Shown here piece by piece: positions 31,439 to 41,860 of a stretch of DNA of 49,221 nt; within the stretch, counting starts at the first letter, position 1; the number at the start of each line of letters is the position of its first letter. The position numbers and the translations under genes are program-made. The notes beneath the pieces were generated by a model. That model saw nothing but the letters and a program-made list of their open reading frames with translations. It was not told where the DNA came from and did not search any database. Source of the stretch: Candidatus Aerophobota bacterium (lineage in GTDB: Bacteria; Aerophobota; Aerophobia; Aerophobales; JAGGXI01); contig JAGGXI010000072.1 in the NCBI GenBank assembly GCA_021163155.1, positions 1 to 49,221 of the forward strand. Direction: 5' to 3'.

Positions 31439-33523
31439 TCACTCCCGTTCAATAATTTTATTAGTTATCTCTAAAGGCACCTCTTGATAATAAGCAAACT
31501 CCATATAGGAGATAGCTCTACCTTGAGTTAAAGAACGAAGTGTAGTTATATATCCAAATAACTCCGCTAAAGGAACATATGCACTTATGGAATGGACTTC
31601 TCTCTCTACTTTTATATCATAAATATGCCCCCTTCGACTAATAATATCCCCCATAATCTCCCCTATAAATTTATGGTTAACCTTTACTACCAGCCTCATT
31701 ACAGGTTCTAATAGATAAGGTTTTGCTTGTTGGAATGCCTTCTTTAAAGCAATAGAAGCAGCAACTTTAAAAGAAAACTCTGAGGAGTCTACAGGGTGGT
31801 ATGAACCATCAATAAGACTAACCTTAACATTTACCAGAGGATAACCTCCTAATAACCCATTTAGCATAGTTTCTCTGACTCCCTTTTCTATAGCGGGTAT
31901 AAATTCTTTTGGGACAACTCCTCCTTTAGTTTTATCCACAAATAGATTTTCTTTGCTGTTTTCTGGCATTGGTTCAACTTCAAGGGAAACATCTCCATAT
32001 TGACCCCTTCCTCCGCTCTGGCGAATATACTGACCCCGAGATTGAGCTTTCTCCCTTATTGTCTCTCTATAAGCTACCCTTGGTTCACCCGCATTTACTT
32101 CTAAATTAAATTCACGCTTTAACCTATCCAAAATAACTTCAAGATGAAGTTCACCCATTCCTGAAATTATGGTTTGCCCTGTCTCCTTGCTTTGATGGAT
32201 CTTAAAGGTAGGGTCTTCCTTGGTCAATTTATTTAAAGAAAAAGATAATTTATCCCTCTCTGATTCAGTTTTAGGTTCGATAGCCAAAGAAATCACAGGT
32301 GAAGCAAATTTTATCCTCTCAAAAATTATAGGATGTTTTTCATCACAAAGAGAATCCCCTGTCTCTATATCCTTTGGTCCTATTATTGCTCCTATCTCCC
32401 CGGCAAATATCTCCTCCTTTTCTTCTCTAAAATTAGCATGCATCTCTAAAATTCGGTTTACTCTTTCTTTTTTATTCTTTGTAGAGTTATATACAAAGGA
32501 ACCTGATTTAATCCTCCCTGAATAAATTCTTAAATATGTCAATCTACCAGCGTAAGGATCAAGGGCTACTTTAAAAGCCAAAGCAGAAAAAGGCTCTTGA
32601 ATGGAAGAGATTCTTCCTTCTTTTTCTCCATTAAGAGGATTCAATCCTTTTGTTGGAGAAACATCTAAAGGAGAAGGAAGATAGTCTACCACTGCATCTA
32701 ATAAGAGGCGTGTACCTTTATTTTTTAAAGCACTGCCACAAAAGATAGGAACTCCTTCTCCACGTATAACTAAATTTCTTATTCCTCTCTTAATTTCGTC
32801 TGTTTCCAGGTCTTCTTTATAGGAAAATTTTTCAAGATACTCATCGCTACTTTCAGCTATTTTTTCCACTAAATCATCTCGGAAAAGAGAGACCTTATCC
32901 TGCATTGAAGAAGGAATCTCTCTTTCAAAAATTTTAGAATTTAGATCTACCCCTTCCCAATAAAATGCTTTCATTTCCACTAAATCTACTATTCCCTCAA
33001 GCTCCCCTTCTTTTCCTATGGGTAATTGAAGAGGTAAAAAAGTAAGGGGGAATCTCTCTTTAATAGAAGCTACTACTCTATAAAAATCGGCTCCTATCCT
33101 ATCTAATTTATTGATAAATATCAAGCGTGGAATACGATAACGATCAGCCTGATGCCAAACCGTTTCTGATTGAGGTTCGACTCCCTCTACGCCAGAAAAA
33201 ATAACTACTGCTCCATCAAGGATTCTTAAAGTTCTTTCCACTTCTACTGTAAAATCTACATGTCCTGGAGTATCTATAATATTAATATAATGATTTTTCC
33301 AAAAACAGGTAGTAGCTGCAGAAGTTATGGTAATACCTCTCTCTTTTTCCTGTTCCATCCAATCCATAACTGCCGTTCCTTCGTGTACTTCACCTACTTT
33401 ATAAGTTTTTCCCGTATAGTATAAAATACGCTCAGTAGTTGTAGTCTTCCCTGCATCTATATGAGCTATTATACCAATATTTCTAATTTTATCTATATAT
33501 AAAGAATAATTCTGTTTGTCCAT
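31439..33523 (-). CDS. fusA: Elongation factor G
   Basis: [26 protein letters not shown] and GMGELHL. Start trimmed to the ATG at 33523. Confidence 0.97.
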   Translation of the reverse strand: MDKQNYSLYIDKIRNIGIIAHIDAGKTTTTERILYYTGKTYKVGEVHEGTAVMDWMEQEKERGITITSAATTCFWKNHYINIIDTPGHVDFTVEVERTLRILDGAVVIFSGVEGVEPQSETVWHQADRYRIPRLIFINKLDRIGADFYRVVASIKERFPLTFLPLQLPIGKEGELEGIVDLVEMKAFYWEGVDLNSKIFEREIPSSMQDKVSLFRDDLVEKIAESSDEYLEKFSYKEDLETDEIKRGIRNLVIRGEGVPIFCGSALKNKGTRLLLDAVVDYLPSPLDVSPTKGLNPLNGEKEGRISSIQEPFSALAFKVALDPYAGRLTYLRIYSGRIKSGSFVYNSTKNKKERVNRILEMHANFREEKEEIFAGEIGAIIGPKDIETGDSLCDEKHPIIFERIKFASPVISLAIEPKTESERDKLSFSLNKLTKEDPTFKIHQSKETGQTIISGMGELHLEVILDRLKREFNLEVNAGEPRVAYRETIREKAQSRGQYIRQSGGRGQYGDVSLEVEPMPENSKENLFVDKTKGGVVPKEFIPAIEKGVRETMLNGLLGGYPLVNVKVSLIDGSYHPVDSSEFSFKVAASIALKKAFQQAKPYLLEPVMRLVVKVNHKFIGEIMGDIISRRGHIYDIKVEREVHSISAYVPLAELFGYITTLRSLTQGRAISYMEFAYYQEVPLEITNKIIERE

Positions 33524-33601
33524 TTTTTTTGCCACTAATAAATAAGATTCTCTAAAATGAGATTTATTATTCCCTTTTTTAATTTTAATTTGCAATTTCT
33601 A

Positions 33602-34072
33602 TTACCATTTATAATGAGCAAACGCTCGATTAGCTTCTGCCATCTTATGCGTATCTTCCTTCTTCTTTACTGCTAATCCTTTACCCTGAGAAGCTACTAT
33701 AATCTCTTCAGATAACTTTTCCTTCATAGCTTTGCCCTTCTTTTGTGAAGCAAAATAAATTATCCATTTTAAAGCTAAAGCGTCACGCCTTTCAGGCCTT
33801 ACTTCTGTAGGTACCTGATAAGTAGCTCCCCCTATCCGTCGAGAACGAACCTCAAGAACAGGTTTAACATTCTCTAAAGCTGTCAAAAAAATCTGGAGAG
33901 GATCTTTATTCAACCTCTTTTCTATAATATCAAAACATCCGTAACAGATTGACTCCGCTTTACTCTTATTTCCTCCCCTCATTATCTTATTAATGAGTTT
34001 ACTTACCACTTTATTATTATATAAAGGATCTGGAAGTACATCTCTTTTTTTTGATATTTTTCTTCTAGCCAT
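33602..34072 (-). CDS. rpsG: 30S ribosomal protein S7
   Basis: [11 protein letters not shown] and [13 protein letters not shown]. Confidence 0.98.
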   Translation of the reverse strand: MARRKISKKRDVLPDPLYNNKVVSKLINKIMRGGNKSKAESICYGCFDIIEKRLNKDPLQIFLTALENVKPVLEVRSRRIGGATYQVPTEVRPERRDALALKWIIYFASQKKGKAMKEKLSEEIIVASQGKGLAVKKKEDTHKMAEANRAFAHYKW

Positions 34073-34081
34073 TCAAATTCC

Positions 34082-34450
34082 TCACTTTCTTTTCTCTCCA
34101 TATTTAGAACGTGCTTGTTTTCTACCCTCCACACCCATTGTATCTAAAGTCCCTCGAATAATGTGATATTTCACCCCAGGCAAATCTTTAACTCTCCCTC
34201 CTTCTACCAGTACAATTGAATGTTCTTGAAGATTATGTCCTTCTCCTGGAATATAAGCAGTCACTAACTTTCCATTGGATAGTCTTACTCTGGCTACTTT
34301 ACGTAGAGCAGAATTAGGTTTCTTAGGGGTAAGTGTTTTCACAGTAACACAAACTCCCTTTCTTTGAGGCGATCCCTGCAATGCTAAAGTCTTCCTCTTC
34401 TTAACAATAGTCTTACGTCCTTTTCTTACTAATTGATTTATAGTAGGCAT
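34082..34450 (-). CDS. rpsL: 30S ribosomal protein S12
   Basis: [17 protein letters not shown] and [10 protein letters not shown]. Confidence 0.98.
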   Translation of the reverse strand: MPTINQLVRKGRKTIVKKRKTLALQGSPQRKGVCVTVKTLTPKKPNSALRKVARVRLSNGKLVTAYIPGEGHNLQEHSIVLVEGGRVKDLPGVKYHIIRGTLDTMGVEGRKQARSKYGEKRK

Positions 34451-34474
34451 TAATTACTCCTTCTTATTGGCTGC

Positions 34475-37400
34475 TTAGTTTTCGTGTAAATCTGTATTTA
34501 AAAATCCTGTTCCTGCAGGAATTAGTTTACCAATAATCACATTCTCCTTTAATCCTTTTAATTGATCTATCTGCCCCCAAACAGCTGCCTCTACTAAAAC
34601 TTGTTTTGCTCTCTGAAAAGAAGCAGCGGATAAGAAACTCCTATTATCTTCTTGCACTGCTTTGGGTATTGATAAAAGAACAGGTTTTACTTTAGCTGGC
34701 TTACCGCCATTCTTTTTTATTTCCCTGTTAATCTCCTCAAACTCTACTTTATCTATCTGTTCTCCTGGCAGGTAATCTGTATCTCCTGGATCTTCTATTT
34801 CTACCCTTCTCATCATTTGCCTTATAATTACTTCAAAATGTTTGAGATTTATATCTACCCCCTGAGATAGATAAACTTCCTGAGTCTGGTTAACTAAATA
34901 CTCTTCTACCGCCCTAACTCCTTTTATATTTAAAAGAACCCGCGGATTTGTACTCCCCTCAATAATCTTTCTCCCCGCCTCTACTTTCTCTCCATCGGAG
35001 ACGAGTAGCTCTCCTCCTGCTTCGTAAACTATTTCTTCCCCTTTTTCTCCTTGTATCCTAACAAATGAACGTCCTTCTTTATTTTCTATTTTTACTATGC
35101 CTTCCCTTTCGCTTATAAGTGCCTCTTCTCCTTCCCTTTGTCTAATAGACTTTTCTTGGGAATAGTTATGCCTTCGAGGTTCAAACAACTCTGTTACTCG
35201 AGGTAAACCTTGGGGGATATCTCCCCCTTTTCGAAATATCCCTCCTGTATGGAAAGTACGTAAAGTGAGCTGAGTTCCTGGTTCTCCTATAGACTGAGCA
35301 GCTATAACCCCTACAGCTTCTCCTACATTAACTAATTTATGAGTAGATAAATCCCAGCCATAACACCTTTGACACAATCCCCATTTAGCCTGACAAGTCA
35401 AAGGAGAACGAACTTTCACCTTTTTTATCCCTACTTTCTCTATTCTTTCTGCCATCTCCTCTGTTATCTCTTTGTTGGAACCTATTATTACCTCTTTTGT
35501 AGAAGGATCTATTACTGGGGAAACGGTTACCCTACCCACTATTCTACTACTTAAAGATTTTATTAATTTCCCTTCTTCAATTAAAGGACTTATATATAAA
35601 CCATCTATAGTTCCGCAATCCTCTTCTGAAATAATAATATTTTGAGCTACAGCTACTAACTTACGGGTAAGATATCCTGCATAAGCTGTCTTGAGAGCAG
35701 TATCTACTAATCCTTTTCTACCTCCCGATGTGGAGAGAAAATACTCTGAAGTAGTAAGGCCATCTTTAAAACTCGACTTGATAGGTTCTTCAACAATCCT
35801 TCCTCTTAACCTTCCTCCCGAGAGAGGATAAAAATATTGTCTAATTAAAGCAGGAGAAATATTAAGTTGTCTTTTAAATGCTTCATCCCAAAGCTCATGT
35901 CGATAAGTCTCTCTTATGGATCTCCCCATTAAACCCTTCATTCCAACTATTTGACGTAATTGATCCTTACTTCCCCTTGCTCCAGATTTCCACATCAAAT
36001 AAAGAGGATTAAAAATATCCTTTGAAAGATATTGAGATACCTTTTCCCCTATTTGCTCAGTAGCTCTTACTCTTAGATCTATCACATCCATATATCTCTC
36101 TTCTTCGCTAATTTCCCCATCCTCTGCCCTTCTATTATATCCCTCCACTTCTTCCTCTATCGCTTGCAAAAATTTCTTCTTCTTTGGCATATTAGGGATA
36201 TCGCTAATAGAGAAAGTCAAACCTGACTTAGTAGCATATTCAAATCCTATTTTTTTTATTTTATCTAAAACTTTAATGGTAGTCATATTTCCATACTTTT
36301 TCCAAATTTCACTTACTATTTCTGTAAGAGCTTTTTTATCTACTAAACAATTCTTAAATTCCATCCCTTGGGGTAGAACTTGATTTAAAATTACCCTTCC
36401 TGGGGTAGTAGATATCCAACCTTTCCCTTGACGTAGTTTTATTTTCTGATGAAGAGCTAATTTCCCCAGCTCATAAACAAAAATCACTTCCTCTCTACTT
36501 GAAAAAACTCTCTCTTCCTCACCTGTATCCTTTTCTAAAGTTAAATAATAACAACCAACCGTTATATCTTGAGTAGGGGAGATTATAGGCTCTCCGTGAG
36601 AAGGAGAAATTATATTATTGATGGAAAACATCAAAGTTTTTGTCTCAAGTTGTGCTTCAAATGAGAGAGGGATATGTATAGCCATTTGATCTCCATCAAA
36701 ATCGGCATTAAAAGCTGTACACACTAAAGGATGAAGTTGAATAGCATTTCCTTCTATTAAAATAGGCTGGAAAGCTTGCATTCCTAAACGATGGAGGGTA
36801 GGAGCTCTGTTAAGGATTACAGGATGATCTTTAACTACTCTTTCTAATATTTCCCAAATGAAAGGCTCTGTTTTTTCTATAAAGTCATTAGCTCTCTTTA
36901 TAGTTTCTGCTTTACCTTCAAGTAAGATTTCTGCCAGGACAAAAGGCCTGAAAAGTTCTAGAGCCATTTTTTCGGGAACTCCGCATTGATGTAATTTTAA
37001 ATCCGGGCCCGGTATAATCACAGCCCTACCAGAATAATCAACTCTCTTACCCAATAGATTTTGCCTGAATCTACCTTGCTTTCCTTTCATTATCTCGCTT
37101 AAAGATTTAAGAGGTCTATGAGCAGCGCCTAATATAGGTTGAGGGATCTTTTCGTTTTCAATAAGAGCATCTACTGATTGCTGAAGCATCTTTTTTTCAT
37201 TTTGAATAATTATCTGAGGAGCTCCTATATCTAGCAAATATCTAAGGCGATTATTTCGATTAATAATACGTCGATATAAATCATTTAAATCTGAATTAGC
37301 AAAAACCCCGTTTTCTAACTGGACCATAGGTCGAAAGTCAGGAGGTATAACAGGAATAATCTTTAAAATTACCCACTCCGGCTTATTGCCTGAATAAACA

Positions 37401-40400
37401 AATTTCTTCATTACCCCTAACTGCTTAATTAACTTAATTCTTTTAGTTTTATTTCCTTCTTCAAGGAGTTTTTCTTTCAATCTTTTCATTGATTCTTCTA
37501 AGTCCATATTCTCTAAAATTTCTAAAATTGCTTCTGCTCCCATACCTGCACGGAAAGCATCTTCTCCATAAATCTGTTTATATCTTTGATACTCCTCTTC
37601 ACTTAAAATTTGTAATTTCTTTAAAGGAGTTTTACCGGGGTCAATTATTAAATAGTTCATAAAATAGATTACCTTTTCTACCTCACTTCTTTTAAGATTA
37701 AGTAAAGACGGCAAATATTTCTTTACATACCAGATATGAGTAACAGGAGTAGACAACTCGATATGCCCCATTCTTTCTCGGCGAACTTTGGATGAGGTAA
37801 CCTCAACCCCACATCTCTCACATACTACACCCTTATATTTCATCTTTCTATATTTACCACAATAGCATTCATAGCTTTTTGTAGGCCCAAAGATTTGTTC
37901 ACAAAAAAGTCCTCCTCTCTCTGGCCTAAAAGTCCGATAATTAATAGTATCTGTCTTTCTCACCTCTCCATGAGACCACTTCCTTATCTCTTCAGAAGAA
38001 GCTAATCTTATCTTTATTTTATCTATATTATCCATCTTCCATGGTTCTTCCCCTTTTTCCATATCCTCGATAGAAAATTTTTTAGTGCCTTCCCAAAACT
38101 CCAAATTCAATCCCAGGGCTTGAAGCTCTTTAACTAAAACCTTGAAAGATTCAGGAGTTTGAGTACTTAATGTATTTTCCCTTTTTACTATCTCTTCATG
38201 GATTTTGGTTCTTCCCTGAATATCATCAGATTTATTGGTAAGCATTTCCTGAAGAGTATAGGCTGCTCCATATCCTTCCAAAGCCCATACTTCCATTTCC
38301 CCGAATCTCTGTCCTCCTTGCCTTGACCTCCCCCCTAATGGCTGCTGAGTAATCAAAGCATAAGGTCCGGTAGAACGAGCATGTATTTTCTCCTCAGCTA
38401 AGTGGATGAGTTTCATTATATACATATAACCTACGGCAACTGGCTGATGAAAAGGCTCTCCTGTCCGCCCATCATAAAGAATAGTCTTCCCTGACTCGGA
38501 AAGATGAGCCTTATTTAATAGCTCCCTTATCTTATCCTCCAGGGGGCCCTCAAAAACAGGGCATATCATATATGCACCTAAAGTTTTCGCTATCCATCCT
38601 AAGTGCATCTCTAATATCTGACCTATATTCATTCTCGAAGGAACCCCTAAAGGATTTAAGACTATCTCTATAGGCGTTCCATCAGGAAGATAAGGCATAT
38701 CTTCCTCAGGAAGCACCCTGGAGACGACTCCCTTATTTCCATGACGGCCAGCCATCTTATCCCCGACCCCAATTTTGCGCCTAACGGCTATATATACCTT
38801 TACTCTCTTTCTTACATTAGGAGGAAGATTATCTTTGTTAGATTGAGAAAGAACTTTAATTTTAATTACCTTTCCTTTAACACCTGGAGGAATCCTTAAA
38901 GAATTATCCTTAACTTTTTGCGCTTTTTCTCCAAAGATGCTACGCAACAGTCTCTCTTCAGGAGTAAGCTTTATCTCAACTTGGGGAGTCACCTTACCTA
39001 CTATAATATCTCCTGGCTTTACCTCTGCTCCTATTCTAATGATACCCTCTCCATCTAAATTTTTTAAAACTGTTTCTTCCACATTAGGAACATCGGCGGT
39101 TATCTCCTCTATTCCTGATTTAAGTTCTTTTGCCTCAACTTGAAATTCCTCAATATGAATAGAGGTAAAAGTATCTTCCTTTACTAATTTTTCGCTAACT
39201 AAGATTGCATCTTCAAAATTGTATCCTTCCCAGGGCATAAAAGCTACGAGAATATTTCTTCCTAAAGAGAGTTTACCATTATTCATAGCTGGGCCATCAG
39301 CTATGAATGCCCCCTCTTTTATTCTGTCCCCTTTAGATACTAAAACTCTTTGATTTATACAAGTTTTTTGATTGGACTTTCTAAATTTTACTAAATTATA
39401 TGTATCTATGCCTTCAGAACTCCTTACACTTACTTTATCAGCATCTACATAGACGACTTCTCCCCCTTTCTTCGCTACTGTTCCAACCATAGAATCTTTA
39501 GCTACTTTTCCTTCTACTCCTGTTTGAACAAAAGGCTCTTCTGGAATTTCTAAGGGGACTGCCTGACGTTGCATATTCGATCCCATCAAAGCTCGGTTAG
39601 CTTCATCGCTCTCTAAAAAAGGAATCAATGAAGTACTAATACTTACCATTTGTTTAGGAGATACATCTATATAATCTATCTCTTCTTTAGCAACCTTTAC
39701 AATCTCTCCCTTATGCCTGGCTATAACTTGCAGGTCTATAAAATTTCCTTCTTCATCAACAGCACCAGCACCAGCAATATGGTACTTATCCTCTTCTCTT
39801 GCATCCAAATATACTATTTCTTTAGTAGCTCTTCCCTTCTTCACTTTTCTATAAGGAGCCTCCAAAAAACCTAATTCATTTATCCTGGCATAACTAGCTA
39901 AAGAAGCAATTAAACCAATGTTTTGCCCTTCAGGGGTTTCTATGGGGCAAATACGTCCATAATGGGTATAATGAACATCTCTCACTTCTTCTTTAGCCTG
40001 AACGCGTGTTAATCCTCCAAGACCAAGAGCCGACAGTCTACGTTTATGAGTTAGCTCAGCTAAAGGGTTAGTTTGATCTAAATATTGAGAAAGAGAGCCT
40101 GTATTAAAAAAACCATTTATTGCACTTCTCATTACATTGGTATTAATAAGAGAACGAGGAGAAACTTTATCCGGCTCCTGAATACTCATTCCTTGTTGAA
40201 CTATTCTTGCCAAATGGACCAAACCAATATGAAACTGGTTAGCTAAAAGTTCACCTATCCCTCTTACCCTTCTGCAAGAAAGATGATCTATGCTTTTAAT
40301 CTCTTCTTTTTCTCTATTTAATTTGAATAGATGTTTTATAGTTTCTACCACATCTTTTAATTGAAGAATTCCTACATCCCAATTATTATTTAAATCTAAC

Positions 40401-41245
40401 TCCTTATTTATTTGATATCTTCCTGTTTTACTTAGATTATACCTATGAGGATCACGGAAATTCTTATCAAAGATTTCTTTTGGTGATTCAAAGATAGCTG
40501 AATGCCCGGGCCGAAGTCTCTGATAAATCTTAAGAAGAGCCTCTTTTTGCGATTTTACTCCGTCTTGCTCAAAACTTTCTTTTAACATCTTTCTATCTCT
40601 AAAATCAGTAAATTCATTGATAATTTGTTCAGGAACTCCCCCCATAGCCCTTATAAATAAGGTAGTCAAAAATTTCCTTCCTCTATTAATACGTGTATAC
40701 AAAAAATCTTTTTTAATTTCAAAATCTAACCAGTTTCCTCTTTCAGGTATAATTCGCGCTTTATAAAGCACTCCTTTCCCTGTCGTAGCTGTAGGATCCT
40801 CCTCAAAAAAGAGACCTGGTGAGCGTTGAAGCTGACTTACTATTACTCTTTCCGCCCCATTAATAATAAAGCTTCCCTTTTCAGTCATCAATGGAAGATT
40901 GCCTAAATAAATCTCTTGTTCAGTTACCTCCCCCGTTTCTGTCCTCTTTAAACGAAGTTTAACATATAAAAAAAGAGAATATGTAAGTTCTTCTTCCCTG
41001 CATTTTTCTATACTATATTGAGGTTTACTAAGTTGATATTCTACAAAATCTAAACGTAATTTTCTATTATAACTCTCTATAGGAAAAACATCTTTAAATA
41101 TCGCTTGTAATCCCTCATTCTTCCTCTTATTTGGAGGAACATCCTCTTGTAGAAAGTTTTTAAAAGAGATTTTCTGCATCTGTAGAAGATCGGAAGTATC
41201 TATTACAGATTTAGATTTAGTAAAATCTATTATTTTCTCTTTCAT
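34475..41245 (-). CDS. rpoBC: Fused RNA polymerase beta-beta' (RpoB ~aa 1-1070, RpoC ~aa 1071-2256)
   Basis: Beta motifs GDKMAGRHGNKG, GGQRFGEME and PESFKVL, then in frame the beta' motifs IRLASS, 4-Cys zinc ribbon, NADFDGD, GEPGTQL and GLKENVIIG. No stop at the junction near 38035. Confidence 0.93.
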   Translation of the reverse strand: MKEKIIDFTKSKSVIDTSDLLQMQKISFKNFLQEDVPPNKRKNEGLQAIFKDVFPIESYNRKLRLDFVEYQLSKPQYSIEKCREEELTYSLFLYVKLRLKRTETGEVTEQEIYLGNLPLMTEKGSFIINGAERVIVSQLQRSPGLFFEEDPTATTGKGVLYKARIIPERGNWLDFEIKKDFLYTRINRGRKFLTTLFIRAMGGVPEQIINEFTDFRDRKMLKESFEQDGVKSQKEALLKIYQRLRPGHSAIFESPKEIFDKNFRDPHRYNLSKTGRYQINKELDLNNNWDVGILQLKDVVETIKHLFKLNREKEEIKSIDHLSCRRVRGIGELLANQFHIGLVHLARIVQQGMSIQEPDKVSPRSLINTNVMRSAINGFFNTGSLSQYLDQTNPLAELTHKRRLSALGLGGLTRVQAKEEVRDVHYTHYGRICPIETPEGQNIGLIASLASYARINELGFLEAPYRKVKKGRATKEIVYLDAREEDKYHIAGAGAVDEEGNFIDLQVIARHKGEIVKVAKEEIDYIDVSPKQMVSISTSLIPFLESDEANRALMGSNMQRQAVPLEIPEEPFVQTGVEGKVAKDSMVGTVAKKGGEVVYVDADKVSVRSSEGIDTYNLVKFRKSNQKTCINQRVLVSKGDRIKEGAFIADGPAMNNGKLSLGRNILVAFMPWEGYNFEDAILVSEKLVKEDTFTSIHIEEFQVEAKELKSGIEEITADVPNVEETVLKNLDGEGIIRIGAEVKPGDIIVGKVTPQVEIKLTPEERLLRSIFGEKAQKVKDNSLRIPPGVKGKVIKIKVLSQSNKDNLPPNVRKRVKVYIAVRRKIGVGDKMAGRHGNKGVVSRVLPEEDMPYLPDGTPIEIVLNPLGVPSRMNIGQILEMHLGWIAKTLGAYMICPVFEGPLEDKIRELLNKAHLSESGKTILYDGRTGEPFHQPVAVGYMYIMKLIHLAEEKIHARSTGPYALITQQPLGGRSRQGGQRFGEMEVWALEGYGAAYTLQEMLTNKSDDIQGRTKIHEEIVKRENTLSTQTPESFKVLVKELQALGLNLEFWEGTKKFSIEDMEKGEEPWKMDNIDKIKIRLASSEEIRKWSHGEVRKTDTINYRTFRPERGGLFCEQIFGPTKSYECYCGKYRKMKYKGVVCERCGVEVTSSKVRRERMGHIELSTPVTHIWYVKKYLPSLLNLKRSEVEKVIYFMNYLIIDPGKTPLKKLQILSEEEYQRYKQIYGEDAFRAGMGAEAILEILENMDLEESMKRLKEKLLEEGNKTKRIKLIKQLGVMKKFVYSGNKPEWVILKIIPVIPPDFRPMVQLENGVFANSDLNDLYRRIINRNNRLRYLLDIGAPQIIIQNEKKMLQQSVDALIENEKIPQPILGAAHRPLKSLSEIMKGKQGRFRQNLLGKRVDYSGRAVIIPGPDLKLHQCGVPEKMALELFRPFVLAEILLEGKAETIKRANDFIEKTEPFIWEILERVVKDHPVILNRAPTLHRLGMQAFQPILIEGNAIQLHPLVCTAFNADFDGDQMAIHIPLSFEAQLETKTLMFSINNIISPSHGEPIISPTQDITVGCYYLTLEKDTGEEERVFSSREEVIFVYELGKLALHQKIKLRQGKGWISTTPGRVILNQVLPQGMEFKNCLVDKKALTEIVSEIWKKYGNMTTIKVLDKIKKIGFEYATKSGLTFSISDIPNMPKKKKFLQAIEEEVEGYNRRAEDGEISEEERYMDVIDLRVRATEQIGEKVSQYLSKDIFNPLYLMWKSGARGSKDQLRQIVGMKGLMGRSIRETYRHELWDEAFKRQLNISPALIRQYFYPLSGGRLRGRIVEEPIKSSFKDGLTTSEYFLSTSGGRKGLVDTALKTAYAGYLTRKLVAVAQNIIISEEDCGTIDGLYISPLIEEGKLIKSLSSRIVGRVTVSPVIDPSTKEVIIGSNKEITEEMAERIEKVGIKKVKVRSPLTCQAKWGLCQRCYGWDLSTHKLVNVGEAVGVIAAQSIGEPGTQLTLRTFHTGGIFRKGGDIPQGLPRVTELFEPRRHNYSQEKSIRQREGEEALISEREGIVKIENKEGRSFVRIQGEKGEEIVYEAGGELLVSDGEKVEAGRKIIEGSTNPRVLLNIKGVRAVEEYLVNQTQEVYLSQGVDINLKHFEVIIRQMMRRVEIEDPGDTDYLPGEQIDKVEFEEINREIKKNGGKPAKVKPVLLSIPKAVQEDNRSFLSAASFQRAKQVLVEAAVWGQIDQLKGLKENVIIGKLIPAGTGFLNTDLHEN

Positions 41246-41386
41246 TAATTATTCTCCACTGATAGTTTAATTTTCCTAAACTATCAAATTTTAAAGGTTA
41301 TATATAAAATGAAAGTAAACTATTAATTTAAAAATTTAAATTTCGCTTGTTTAAAAAAATTTACCGTTTCCACACAATTCCAATTT

Positions 41387-41414
41387 ACCCTGTCAGAAAG
41401 CTATCTAACAGGGT
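41387..41414. repeat. ACCCYGTTARA-family hairpin just downstream of rplL
   Basis: accctgtcaga-N6-tctaacagggt; no U-tract on the minus strand. Confidence 0.55.
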
Positions 41415-41419
41415 TTATC

Positions 41420-41857
41420 TTATTTCAATTCTACTTTTGCTCCTACCGCCTCTAAGGTTTCCTTAATCTTTAAAGCTTCTTCTTTACTTATACCTTTTTT
41501 AACTGGTTTGGGGGCTTGTTCTACTAAATCTTTAGCCTCTTTTAACCCTAAAGAGGTGAGCTTTCTCACCTCTTTAATTACCTGGATCTTTTTACTTCCC
41601 ATATTAGCCAATATTACATCAAACTCTGTTTTTTCTTCTTTCTCTTCCTTTTCTTCTTTTCCACCTGCAGAAGAAACTTGAGAGACAGCTTGAGGAGCAA
41701 AAGCTTGTATTCCAAATTTTTCTTCGAGTTCTTTCACTAACTCTGATAATTCAAGTACATTCATCTGCTCGATTGCTTTTATAATATCATCTTTCTTTAT
41801 CATTCCTTCTCTTACTTTCTCTTCATTTTTTGCTATCTTAGATGTTTTTTCCACCAT
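41420..41857 (-). CDS. rplL: 50S ribosomal protein L7/L12
   Basis: [22 protein letters not shown] and [11 protein letters not shown]. Alternative start at 41803. Confidence 0.96.
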   Translation of the reverse strand: MVEKTSKIAKNEEKVREGMIKKDDIIKAIEQMNVLELSELVKELEEKFGIQAFAPQAVSQVSSAGGKEEKEEKEEKTEFDVILANMGSKKIQVIKEVRKLTSLGLKEAKDLVEQAPKPVKKGISKEEALKIKETLEAVGAKVELK

Positions 41858-41860
41858 AGG

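Noticed and set aside
33524-33595. N-terminal extensions in the ORF track for fusA (and similarly tuf, rpsC, rplV, secE, mcsA)
   Set aside because: These come from longest-ORF calling; downstream starts fit homology and/or RBS position better.
34475-41245. Intein as the cause of the long RNAP ORF
   Set aside because: The length is fully explained by beta plus beta', and I saw no intein splice or homing endonuclease motifs.
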